Positions 12,282 to 23,074 are shown, numbered from the whole stretch's first letter. The stretch is DNA of 62,946 nucleotides, filler included, from Octopus bimaculoides (GCF_001194135.2; 5 parts of 5 records of this genome joined end to end with filler, not necessarily neighbours in it); one strand, 5' to 3'. The notes: generated from the letters alone by a model not told the origin. Numbers and translations are program-made.

Positions 12282-12848
12282 GGAAATATTGTACATCATT
12301 AGAGTTGGTTATGTAGTTGCGTGGGGGATTTCAAGTATGTGAAGGAATAAGAGAAGATTTTTTTTGTGAAAAAACTTTGTTTCGTGTTATTATTTCCAGC
12401 GATGTTAATGTTTTTCTTGTAATGACTGCCAGTGACATTACAATTCTTTGTCTTATTAGAAATATAGGTATTGGTAGAAAACTGGTTTGTAAAAGTCTTG
12501 TTATTTGGTGCATAGTTATTAAAAATTTTTTTCTTTTCTGTGGTGGAGTTATCTTTACAAACATACTTCATAGAGTTAAGTTGTGTGCCAGGGCGTTGCA
12601 ATTCATGATGGTGTTTAGAAATTGTGGTGTGTTTACTGGAGTTCATAACCATACAGTTGTTGTAATGATTGGAAAAATCATTGTTAAACTTGTACATAAT
12701 TTGATATTTATAAGCAGCATTTCTGAGAGCCTGATTGTAATAGGCTTTATGATTATCAAAAATTTCTCCATTCAAAGACAATGAGTCAATTCTATCTTCA
12801 GTGTTATAATGTGTTATCAAGGATATTAGAAGGATGATTGCTCTGAGC
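11270..12848 (-). mobile_element. Penelope-like element (PLE): RT thumb, Asn-rich linker and C-terminal GIY-YIG endonuclease, frameshifted and 5'-truncated
   Basis: SNHPSNIL...EDRIDSLSLNGEIFDNHKAYYNQALRNAAY (RT C-terminus); NNIIWIIFPFAKHLKSNF; CNCRNPNTCEVKGNC...YKATITIHDLSRFHYIG (YIG at 11607-11599)...NNH; then LNSRDERVFSCKHMSKF. Confidence 0.88.
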
Positions 12849-13031
12849 ATATATACACACATATATATACACACATATATGTATACATACATGCACACAC
12901 ACACACACGTATATATATATATATATATATANNNNNNNNNNNNNNNNNNNNNNNNNNNNNNNNNNNNNNNNNNNNTTAATTAATTAANNNNNNNNNNNNN
13001 NNNNNNNNNNNNNNNNNNNNNNNNNNNNNNN

Positions 13032-13307
13032 CCGCTAAGTTACAGGGACGTAAACACACCAGCATTGGTTGTCAAGCGATGTTGGGGGGACAAACACAGA
13101 CACGCAAACATATACACACACATACATATATAGACATATATACGACGGGCTTCTTTCAGTTTCCGTCTACCAAATCCACTCACAAGGCTTTGGTCGACCC
13201 GAGGCTATAGTAGAAGACACTTGCCCAAGGTGCCACGCAGTGGGACTGAACCCAGAACCATGTGGTTGGTAAGCAAGCTACTTACCACACAGCCACTCGT
13301 ACGCCTA
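13032..13307 (-). mobile_element. tRNA-derived SINE, family A
   Basis: Reverse complement taggcgtacgagtggctgtgtggtaagtagc...ggttcagtcccactgcgtggcaccttgggcaagtgtcttc (A and B boxes plus CORE-like segment). The tail is lost in the gap. Confidence 0.92.
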
Positions 13308-13599
13308 TTTAAAAAAAATACTGGTGATGACGATGAAAGGGCTGGTGGAGATGATGGTGGTGATGATGGTGGTGGTGATGGTGGTGGCAGTGGTAAGGCG
13401 GTGGTAGAGGCGTAGGAGGAAGTAATGACTCCAGTGATGGTAGTAAATGGCAAGGACGGCGGTGGTGGTGATGGTGGGGGAAGCATCAGTATGTGGTAAG
13501 GCGGGGTGGCACGTGATAGTAGTGGTGGAGCGGTGGGGAGCATTGCTGGTGTTGGTGGTGGTATCGGTTGAAACGCGGGAGACTTGGACAAAATGACTG

Positions 13600-13830
13600 C
13601 AGTATTTGTTGCAGTGCTTTAAACGTTCTTAGTTCAAATCACACAGGCGTAAATTCCCTACAAGACATCCTTGAGGTGATTAGAATTATTATAAAAGATA
13701 GAACAAAACATTGTGGATAATACAGTCTCAGACACAAATGGAAGAGAAAAAACCCCGCCATTTTAGGTCTGCCCAGTCAGGACTGATCCAGGACTAAACG
13801 CGTAGTAAGCAGCAGCAACATCAACAACAC
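13600..13830 (+). mobile_element. Interspersed repeat family E
   Basis: ttcaaatcacac...acattgtggataat...taggtctgccc...ggactaaac...caacatcaacaac, similar to 4540-4790. Confidence 0.5.
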
Positions 13831-13858
13831 CACTGAAAGTTTTCATGTGTTGTAGTTC

Positions 13859-14003
13859 TTATAATGATAATATCATTTTTCGTAAGAGAGTATTCCCAAG
13901 ACTATTATTAGTTTCTACTGTGTGTCCAGTCGAAGAGGTGATATTTGGCGACTTGTCTCCTCTGTATCAATCCCCAGGAACAAATTCTAATGGCAGTTCT
14001 CTC
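13859..14003 (-). pseudogene. Exon-like segment paralogous to exon 3, with an in-frame TGA (RELPLEFVPGD*YRGDKSPN...)
   Basis: Acceptor gctgtttcgacaccttag|. The peptide aligns with LEQPSEMVNGDWYNGDES of exon 3. TGA at 13969-13967 replaces Trp; the frame then stays open to TAA at 13861-13859. Confidence 0.4.
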
Positions 14004-14224
14004 CTAAGGTGTCGAAACAGCAATGATCCCAAGATAGATAGCAACTGAGGCGTATCCTTTCGTTTATTCCGTCGCTAATTTCTTCAACTTATAAACACCG
14101 AGCATGTAACCTTGTTTTCTTATACATAGTAATTATATAGGCACAAAAGCATGCGCACGCAGCCACACATAAACACACACACACACACACATTGAAAATT
14201 GCCCACTAAATGGTTGAATTTTAC

Positions 14225-14327
14225 TTAACTGTATGTCTCTGTGTTTCCTTTGAGACTCGTCGCCATTGTACCAATCTCCATTAACCATTTCTGACGGTTG
14301 CTCAAGCCACAAAGTCTTTTTGCGGAG
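14225..14327 (-). CDS. Uncharacterized gene, candidate exon 3: LRKKTLWLEQPSEMVNGDWYNGDESQRKHRDIQL
   Basis: Acceptor ttgtatttttgacacatttgcacag| is phase 0 and continues exon 2 in frame. The donor is ambiguous: AA|gtaaaa at 14224, CA|gttaag at 14229, or a later GT. Confidence 0.6.
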
Positions 14328-14957
14328 CTGTGCAAATGTGTCAAAAATACAAGTATTCTTAGAGAGTTGGTGAGAAGTGTTTTTCGCTTGTTCTGTCTGT
14401 TATTGTTTCATAGTTTATGCTTAATTTCTTTCCCTTGCGATACTTCAATACGTAGACTTGTTTTTCTTAGATATGTAAATTATTATATATACATACACAC
14501 ACATACACACACAAATACACACACGTACACACGCACACACAAACACTCATACGCATATATACATACGCATACACACATATATAGTAAACAAAAACGAATG
14601 GATAATTCAAAACATCACGACATGAGTTTGAATAACGTGGTTTATTTTAAATACAAATCCATTACGTAACTTAGACAGAATTACATAAATACGCATTGTT
14701 ACATAACGACTCCATTTCTTCAGCTAATGTTCTGCGAAATATTTTGGTGTAAAACGTAGCAACTATATCTTTGGTACATATAACGATCTACAGGATACCG
14801 GGAAGTAGTGAACAACTGTTTAACTGCATAGACTGCTGAGAGGACCTTTGGATATTACTCGGAATACTTGTTTTTGGTGTAATCTATTTATCCAAAGATA
14901 CACAGAGGTGCCTGTTGGTGATTTTGCCAATATCAGTTTCATTCCCTTCTCCCCCGC

Positions 14958-15010
<53 letters not shown>

Positions 15011-15241
15011 TATTTCTTTATTGCTCACAAGGGGCTAAACATAGAGGGGACAAACAAGGACAGACAAAGGAATTAAGTCGATTACATCGACCCCAGTGCG
15101 TAACTGGTACTTAATTTATCGACCCCGAAAGGATGAAAGGCAAAGTCGACCTCGGCGGAATTTGAACTCAGAACGTAACGGCAGACGAAATACCGCTGAG
15201 CATTTCGCCCAGCGTGCTAACGTTTCTGCCAGCTCACCGCC

Positions 15242-15242
<1 letters not shown>
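15011..15242 (-). mobile_element. tRNA-derived SINE, family B, near full length
   Basis: Reverse complement ggcggtgagctggcagaaacgttagcacg...gttctgagttcaaattccgccgaggtcgactttgcctttcatcctttcggggtcgataaattaagtaccag...tagccccttgtg...aaagaaata, flanked by TCTG/TCTA tracts. Confidence 0.93.
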
Positions 15243-15340
<98 letters not shown>

Positions 15341-15519
15341 ATGTATGTCTCCTCTGTCCTGTTTTTGTTACCAACTTTGATCCTCGCAAATCCCAAATAT
15401 TTTATTTTGGTTCACGGGAGCGACTGCCTTTCGAAGCCTCATATTGTCGTTAATTGCTCGAAATGTAGAGTAGATGGACAGCTGACAACTGATGAAGAGT
15501 CGTTCTTTATGTTACTTAC

Positions 15520-15624
15520 CTTGTTTTCGATTTGTTTCTCTTGTTGTTCGCATACCCAAGTTTGTCTTCGTATTTCATGTTGTTTTCGTATTTCGCATCT
15601 CATGTTGTTTACGTTTTGTGACGT
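15520..15624 (-). CDS. Uncharacterized gene, candidate exon 2: TSQNVNNMRCEIRKQHEIRRQTWVCEQQEKQIENK
   Basis: Textbook acceptor ttctctttgtttttgatgttttccttcag| and donor AAG|gtaagt. 105 nt; only the phase 0-0 frame is open. Confidence 0.75.
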
Positions 15625-16061
15625 CTGAAGGAAAACATCAAAAACAAAGAGAAATTATGGTTACAGCCGCGTCGAGTTCTTTATTACAACGAATGACTTT
15701 ATATTCAAATTTAATCAGATACTTTTGATTAAGTCTGTGTTGTACATGAAATATATATTGTTTACTATTAAGTAAACATATATTTTAGATGAGCCAGCTG
15801 CCGCATAGATTTGTGAACTAAGCTATCCATCACGGCGGTAGATTAATTGTCTACTGCTATATCTAGAAGCTCTTCTTGTTATCGATTTGAGAGGAGTTTT
15901 CGTACGTCTTCTATAAGGAACGCTCAATAAACCATGAAACGGTTCGTCAGGAGGCTCTTACAATCGGACAGAAAGATTGCTACAAAGGCTCTTACAAAGG
16001 GACAGAAAGACTATTTGTTTTTTACACTCTTATGCAGTTCTTCATCATATTAAATGACTTT

Positions 16062-16524
16062 ATAATAGTTAGATTTGCTCCACCCTTCTCACTCAGCATG
16101 AAAACCTGTGTCGGAAGGGTTTTCTTTAGATTAGTAAATAAGCATTTCACACAGTTCCAAAGGTATAAGAGATTATTGAGATTATTCTATAGACATAATT
16201 TAAAGGTCCCGTTCAGCTGTGCGCCTAGTGTAAAAACGATTTTAGTGAACGCCACCACACCTGCTTAGAGGCCGAATGGTCAGGTAGGGTTAACATTGGA
16301 TGCCCAGTGGATGGTGGATGCAACGCTGAGGCCGTGGTTTACGGATCAGAGATAATGTCGAACAGTAGCAGCATCCACCACAAATGCAGCAGCAACGAAA
16401 CACGTACACGGAACAACGGAGGAACCCTTTAAAGACAGGCTCAATAGCCACAGTTTCTCTTTTAGAATCTCAGAGGTGCGTAATGTTACAATGTTACCCA
16501 GCTGGATATAGGAACGTTTGAGCT
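16062..16524 (+). mobile_element. Penelope-like element fragment (linker plus GIY-YIG)
   Basis: IIVRFAPPFSLSMKTCVGRVFFRLVNKHF...NLKVPFSCAPSV...GCPVDGGCNAEAVVY...TKHVHGTTEEPFKDRLNSHSFSFR...TMLPSWI. Interrupted at the 3' end by a SINE. Confidence 0.8.
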
Positions 16525-16869
16525 CCATACTGGAGCACCGCCTTTTAGTCGAATAAATCGACCCCAGGACTTATTTTTTGTAAGCCTAGTACTTATTCTA
16601 TTGGTCTCTTTTGCTGAACTTCTAGCTTAAGGGGAGGTAAACACATCAGCATCGGCTATCATGAGATGGTGCGGGGTGGACAAACACAGACGCACAAATG
16701 CATAGATACATACATACATACATACATACANNNNNNNNNNNNNNNNNNNNNNNNNNNNNNNNNNNNNNNNNNNNNNNNNNNNNNNNNNNNNNNNNNNNNN
16801 NNNNNNNNNNNNNNNNNNNNNNNNNNNNNNNNNNNNNNNNNNNNNNNNNNNNNNNNNNNNNNNNNNNNN

Positions 16870-16914
<45 letters not shown>

Positions 16915-17076
16915 CGGGCTTCTTTCAGTTTCTGTCTACCAAATCCACTCACAAGGCTTTGGTTGGCCCGAGGCTATAGTAGAAGACACTTGCCCAAGGT
17001 GCCACGCAGTGAGATTGAACCCGGACCCATGTGACTGGTAAGTAAGCTTCTTACCACACAGCCACTCCTGCGCCTA
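16525..17076 (-). mobile_element. tRNA-derived SINE, family A (spans an N-gap)
   Basis: Head at 17076, tail ggcggtgctccagtatgg at 16525, internal (TACA)/(CA) tract. Confidence 0.9.
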
Positions 17077-17469
17077 TATATGTTTCGTGTGTGTGTGTGT
17101 GAGTGTGTGTCGTTGTCATAGTGACTATTGGCAATAAATGGTTAAATATGTTCAAATGTCAACTCCATTTTCGACCTTTACATTAACTATTTCATTTGTT
17201 TTCTTTCCACTCAGCCCTTAATTCACGCATTTTTCTCTTTCGGCTTCATTGCATTCTTGTGTTGTTTCTCTTCTGCGTTTTCTTTATATTTTCCTTTCAG
17301 CCATCTTGTATATCGTTTTCCTTTTCTCCTCCAATAGCTGTAAATCGTTTTTCTCAATATTCTACATTATACTGTGTTATACCATTGTAAAGATTGACAA
17401 CTATTGATAAAATATTCTCAAGTCTGTTGAATGGTATGAACAAATTTTTGCACAATATTTGCTCGATAT

Positions 17470-17488
17470 AGCAGTAGTAGTAGTAATA

Positions 17489-17531
<43 letters not shown>

Positions 17532-17558
17532 TAGTAGTAGTAGTAATAGTAGTAGTAG

Positions 17559-17592
<34 letters not shown>

Positions 17593-17610
17593 GCAACAGC
17601 AACAACAACA
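17470..17610 (+). repeat. Compound trinucleotide microsatellite (GTA)(GCA)(GTA)(CAA)
   Basis: Read directly; explains the poly-C/Y/Q/L pseudo-ORFs. Confidence 0.95.
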
Positions 17611-17768
17611 AATTTCTTTGAATACACGGACAAATAAATATATTTATGTTCATGCATGTACATATAGATGAATTAATATATAAACACACAGATAATAGAT
17701 GTATGCATATATGCATATACATATATATGTGTGTGTCAGTGTGTGTATGTGTGTATGTGTGTGTACGC

Positions 17769-17805
<37 letters not shown>

Positions 17806-17808
<3 letters not shown>

Positions 17809-18195
17809 GAGGTGTGTTCTGTTAAGAGCGTATAAGAGTACAAATAGAGCTCGTTCACTCTTAGAATTCACAAATAGCCGGTAGTATTCTTATGGTATGT
17901 TACTAATTCTAGTCTTAGGTATTCCTCGTGTGTGAAAATAAAAAGCAAAAAGTAAAAGCGTCAAAAGGAAGAGTAAGTACGGTTAGGCAGCTTTTTAATC
18001 GCTGCAAATGTTTCGATACATACATATCCTCTTATATACAGGATTTCAAGTTAAGTTTAAATTAAATTATTTAACGATTTACCTGTATAAGAAGATCTAC
18101 ATGTATCTCCTTTGGCGATACTCAGTTGCTGTCTCCGTAAGCAAATTTAGATTTCCATGCTACAACATCCATGACTTTTTCTTTGGAAAAATAAA
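17806..18195 (+). mobile_element. Unclassified repeat pair X+Y (also at 62131-62900)
   Basis: 17806-17870 matches 62131-62185 on the same strand; 17945-18195 matches ~62660-62900 on the opposite strand. Confidence 0.75.
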
Positions 18196-18244
18196 TATAT
18201 ATTAGGATTCACTACAGAGCAGTTTATAATGGAACTCAATACGA

Positions 18245-18401
18245 TCGACTCCGGTACGCAACTGGTACTTAATTTATCGACCCCGAAAGGATAAAGGGCA
18301 AAGTCGACCGCGGCGGAATTTGAACTCAGAACGTAACGGCAGACGAAATACCGCTAAGCATTTCGCCCAGCGTGCTAACGTTTCGGCCAGCTCGCCTCCT
18401 T
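18245..18401 (-). mobile_element. tRNA-derived SINE, family B
   Basis: Head and central domain match the B consensus. Confidence 0.9.
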
Positions 18402-18945
18402 AAAAACAGTAAATATTGCATGAAACAGTTTCAAGTTGCTTTAGGCCATTCGTATACATTCGTGTGTGTTTGTGTGCACGTTCGTGTGTCTGTGTATTTG
18501 TGTTCCTGTATGTGTGCGTATGTGTATTAGTGTGTGTAAGTGTCTTCGTATATGGGTGTATAATTGTATTGGCGATTTTTCGTGAACAATTTCAGCCAAG
18601 AAAATTATGCGAGATCGCTTCAGCACATGATCAGACTATCCGGCTTCGATCAACTTTTGCTCATTATTTTCAACCTCCGCACGTTCCAACGGTTGTCACA
18701 ATGCGAAAAAACATTATACATACATTCATACATGCATGCATACACACGTACTTACATATCTACATAGACATTCATATAAAAATACACACACACGCCTATA
18801 TATGTTATATATATTCGTACAACATATGTGTCTTGAATTCGTATCTTATGTTGTTTTCTGAAGCGTTTGGTGAATGAGAAAGTAAATTTTGGACGAGACA
18901 TTTGAATAAGACATGACAAGAATTTTGGACAGGACATGTTATATG

Positions 18946-19161
18946 TAATATTGGCTTCAAATTTTGGCACAAGGCCAGCAATTTCGGGGGAATGTCGATT
19001 AAATCGACCCTAGTTCTCAACTGGTACTTATTTTATTGACCCCGAAAGAATGAAAGGCAAAGTCGACTCCGTGTGCATTTGAACTCTGTACATAAATTCG
19101 GAAGAAATGCCTCTAAGCATTTCGTCCGATGCGGTAACGATTTTGCCAGCTCGCTTCCTTA
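18946..19161 (-). mobile_element. SINE family B' (alternative tail ...ccttgtgccaaaatttgaa...aatatta)
   Basis: B head and core with a different 3' tail. Confidence 0.85.
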
Positions 19162-19170
19162 ATAATCTAT

Positions 19171-19363
19171 GTAATATTGATTTCAAATTTTGGCACAAGG
19201 CCGGCAAGTTTGGGGTTGGGGTTAAGTCTATTATATCAATTCCAGTGTTCAAATTTTATTAAGCTTGAAAGGACGAAAAGCAAAGTCGACCTCGGCGGAA
19301 TTTGAACTCAGAGCGTAAAGCATTTCTCCCGGCTTGCTAATGATTCTGCCAGCTTGCCGCTTT
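19171..19363 (-). mobile_element. SINE family B'
   Basis: Tandem to the previous copy, same tail. Confidence 0.82.
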
Positions 19364-19385
19364 TAATGATATATGTAATATTAAT

Positions 19386-19767
19386 CGTCGTGGCACTCCG
19401 TCGGTTACGACGATGAGGGTTCCAGTTGATCCGATCAACGGAACAGCCTAGCCTGCTTGTGAAATTAACGTGCTGAGCACTCCACAGACACGTGTACCCT
19501 TAACATAGTTCTCGGGGAGATTCAGCGTGACACAGAGTGTGACAAGGCTGACCCTTTGAAATACAGGTACAAAAGAAAGAGGAAGAAAGAGTGAGAGAAA
19601 GTTGTAGCGAAAGAGTACAGCAGGGTTTGCCACCATCCCCTACTGGAGCCTTGTGGAGATTTAGGTGTTTTCGCTCAGTAAATGCTCACAACGCCCGGTC
19701 TGGGAATCGAAACCGCGATCCTACGACCGCAACTCCGCTGCCCTAACCACTGGGCCACTGCGCCTCC
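19386..19767 (-). mobile_element. tRNA-derived SINE, family C, full length with 13-bp target-site duplication
   Basis: Head tggaggcgcagtggcccagtggttagggcagcg...ggtttcgattccc (A and B boxes). TSD atgtaatattaat at 19373-19385 and 19768-19780. Confidence 0.92.
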
Positions 19768-19786
19768 ATGTAATATTAATAGAACG

Positions 19787-19997
19787 TAAGGCGACGAGCT
19801 GGCAGACTCGTAGCACGCCGGGCAAAATGATCAGCAGCATTTAGTCCTTTACGTTCTGAGTTCAAATGCCGCCGAGGTCAATTTTACCTTTCGAGGTCGA
19901 TAAAGTAAGTACCAGTTGAGTACTGTGGTTCAATATAATCGATTAAGCCCACTCACTGAAATGGCTGGCCTTGTGCCAAGATTTGAAATCAATATTA
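19787..19997 (+). mobile_element. SINE family B'
   Basis: aaggcgacgagctggcag...gagttcaaatgcc...ggctggccttgtgccaagatttgaaatcaatatta. Confidence 0.87.
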
Positions 19998-20149
19998 ATT
20001 GGACCGAAGTATAGCACAATATTTCGGATAATTCCCATTTTGGTGTCTTTCCTTAACTATTACTAAAAATTCGATGCGCACCATCTTTATGGTATCCGAC
20101 TCGCAAAAATCCTCACAGTTTTGATCAACTGATGGTTAATTTGATAGTA

Positions 20150-20620
20150 GGACATTATCCAAGAAAATGTACTACCTGTACTTCAAGGAATCCCTGAGTG
20201 ATGGAAGAAATCTTCTTCCTGGTTACTCTTTGAACCACCAAATTTACTTCAGTTATTCATATCGTGTTATAAAAGGGTAAACAGATCGAGTAACGCAGTC
20301 CTGTGGTGTTTGGTGTAGTGCGTACTTTGTAAAGTTGTCAGCTGCACATCTCCATACGTGCACAGGAGCACTAATCTCGGACCACTACACAACTCTTCGA
20401 CTGCTACACAGCTTTCACTTATGGCTCCAAGAAGACGACAGTGCACAGCGATTGGCCACATCGCAATACCTCACTTCGGCTAAGGAGAGGACATCAGCAA
20501 TCTTGGAAAGATTACTGTAGAGGGGACTTCAATCCTTAAGTGCACGAAGTCTGAAATCCAAATGTGCTCAGAACGCACGGCAGCAACATGTGTGGCCCAG
20601 CAAGGGCACTCTCTTGTCGG
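20150..20620 (+). mobile_element. Possible heavily decayed PLE GIY-YIG fragment
   Basis: Across frameshifts: SSNAV...CGVWCSAYF...QLHISIRAQEH...LGKITVEG..ILKCTK.EI, resembling VVY.F.C.C..YVG.T.R.L..R..EH...EAL.I. Motif-level resemblance only. Confidence 0.35.
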
Positions 20621-21618
20621 TCAACCCTTCAAGGAATGGATTGAAATTCCAACATATACATAACTACACCCCAAAGAAATCAAGAATCTCAGTTGGGGAT
20701 CCATGATATTGTATCTGTTGAGAGCAGAGGACTCCCATTGGTCGATCGAATGTTGTCCTACGAATAAAAAAAGACCAGATGGTCATGGCTGGAACATTTT
20801 TGATCGTAAGTCGGTTTAATAAAAACTTTCATGGTTGTACATAGTAACAAACAAGGGGGTATACATTTATGAAAGAAACTGTCCCTTCGACCCGCTAGAA
20901 ATGTTGTGGTAGTGGGAGTTGATCAGTTGCTACCACCTGATCATTTGCAATCAAATCAAGAAAGTCATGATTCTAATGATTTCTCAAATTGCTGATACTA
21001 TCGATCGGTTGTAACGCTTGGTAGAGAAGTATTGTCCTCTTCCGGATCGGGATTTGAACCCAGAGAGTAGAGATCTGGTACATATACAGCTATACTTTTC
21101 CTCCAACGCTCTAAGAATTCCACCGAATCCTCCGCCTGGAGTGAGACATTTTCATCGACATCGAAAGAATAAAAAGCAACGTTGACTTCGGCGGAATTTG
21201 AACTTAGAGCGAGGATGTCAGGATAGATATTGCTCGCTAGGCATTCTATTCGACAATCTAATGACTCTTCTTATTCACATAGAAATAATAAGCAAATATC
21301 CCTCAGATCATACATGGAGATCTTAAAAAGTGAAAAATACATTAAATATTGTAATCCTAGATATATTATGCCTATATCATTACTGGAGCAGAATACCAAG
21401 AGACACCTTCAGCACGGAAATCAAACAGTAAAATAGGAGCTAAAATGATTCAGTGGATTTGTAATTAATTTAAATTATAACTATAATGGGAAGAACCAAT
21501 TTTTATCTTATTTAGTAACTCTGGCCATGAAAGGCATGACAGACAGTTCTTAGAATTTAAATTACATTAAAAATAAAACCCAGTGAAAGAATGTTTCTTT
21601 TTGGTTGTACGGTGACAA

Positions 21619-21659
21619 CTCAGGCCATGTTTCTTTCTAATTAGACCTCATCAGCTAAG
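21619..21659 (-). ncRNA. Degenerate type-I hammerhead ribozyme motif
   Basis: Minus strand CTTAG CTGATGA GGTCT-AATT-AGAAA GAAA CATG G C CTGAG. Intact core and a 5-bp stem I; three substitutions from an ideal GGTCT/AGACC...GAAACATGTC. Confidence 0.55.
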
Positions 21660-22034
21660 CATGCTATTGCCTCACTACATGAAGTACTTTAGTGCCTGTT
21701 TTGCTATGTCTGAATACAAGACGGGATGGTGATGACTGGCTAGGACTGGCGTAGGTGGATGACAATAATAACGGCAACAACATACAATAGAAAAAGACCC
21801 AACAAAAGCGAAAAATTACCCACGCACACCAGTATAGAATTAATATGGAAATGAGTCATTGTTGAAACTTTATATATAATCAAGGATCTATTATTAAACG
21901 TGCACAGTCGTTTGTAGTCTTATATCAAAGTGCAATCAGCGAACAACAGCGAGGTTTTAATATGAAGACAGAAATGGAAATAAGAAAATGAGATGCATTC
22001 GTTAATATAAAGTAAATACGTTGATGACTTCACA

Positions 22035-22051
22035 TATACACACATACACGC

Positions 22052-22082
<31 letters not shown>

Positions 22083-22178
22083 TGTATGTATGTATGTGTG
22101 TGTGTATGTATGTATGTATGTATGTATGTATGTATGTATGTATGTATGTATGCATGTATGTATGTATCTGACTGTGTG

Positions 22179-22226
<48 letters not shown>

Positions 22227-22227
22227 C

Positions 22228-22294
<67 letters not shown>

Positions 22295-22300
22295 GCTATC
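22035..22300 (+). repeat. Compound (TATG)n-(TCTA)n microsatellite
   Basis: Read directly. Confidence 0.95.
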
Positions 22301-22479
22301 TATCTATCCATCTAACTAAACTATGGATACTTAGCATAAGACAATGAGCAGACATATACTCTTTGCTAAACAGTTCGATCCCATCACGCAATAATTTCGG
22401 TAAATATTTTCTTCTGTAGCCGTAGTTTGACTAATTCTCCAGGAGAAGAACTTGACAGACAAAAACTATGCAGAAGTGC

Positions 22480-22558
<79 letters not shown>

Positions 22559-22678
22559 AATCAATCAATCGCTATATATATTTTTTTATATATAACTTTG
22601 ATAACTTTGACAGGTTTCGGCCAGTAAAGATCCAAGCCATGTCTAACTTAATAGCACCACCTGGTAATATATATATAT

Positions 22679-22973
22679 AACAGTATTAATAAAATAGATG
22701 GAAAAAAAGATTTTATTTAGTACGACACATGTTTCGACCCGTTCTGGGTCTCTTCGGGTACATAAAAAAAAAAAAATCCCATTAGAGATTCGGTTTTACG
22801 TATCGCTAAATGTCCGTCAACTTTTTAAACCAGACAATGTTCTAAAAAGACACCCACATAGATTGCCCCTCCGATTTGGACATTTGGTGATAGGTAAAAC
22901 CGAATCTCTAGGGAAACATGTGTCGTACCAAATAATATCTATTACGCTTTCCATCTATTTTATTAATGCTGTT
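22679..22973. mobile_element. Fold-back (inverted duplication) of a PLE pLTR-like unit
   Basis: The left arm 22679-22815 is the reverse complement of the right arm 22878-22973, except that the right arm lacks the equivalent of ~22736-22781. Confidence 0.8.
22720..22761 (-). ncRNA. Type-I hammerhead ribozyme motif (U4C core variant)
   Basis: Minus strand GTAC CCGAAGA GACCC-AGAAC-GGGTC GAAA CA-TG-TG TC GTAC: stem I GTAC/GTAC, 5-bp stem II, ACA/TGT stem III, GUC cleavage triplet. Confidence 0.75.
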
Positions 22974-23074
22974 ACGCCAACCGCCACTACGAAGTTCTTG
23001 CAATAAATCTACGGATAACAACAGGTAATCGAAACTACCGGCGCTTTACTCATCATCTATTTATACATTTTGTA

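Noticed and set aside
15455-15510. GAAA...CTGATGA-AGAG as a permuted (type II) hammerhead
   Set aside because: Stem I cannot pair; the segment is intron sequence next to the exon 2 donor.
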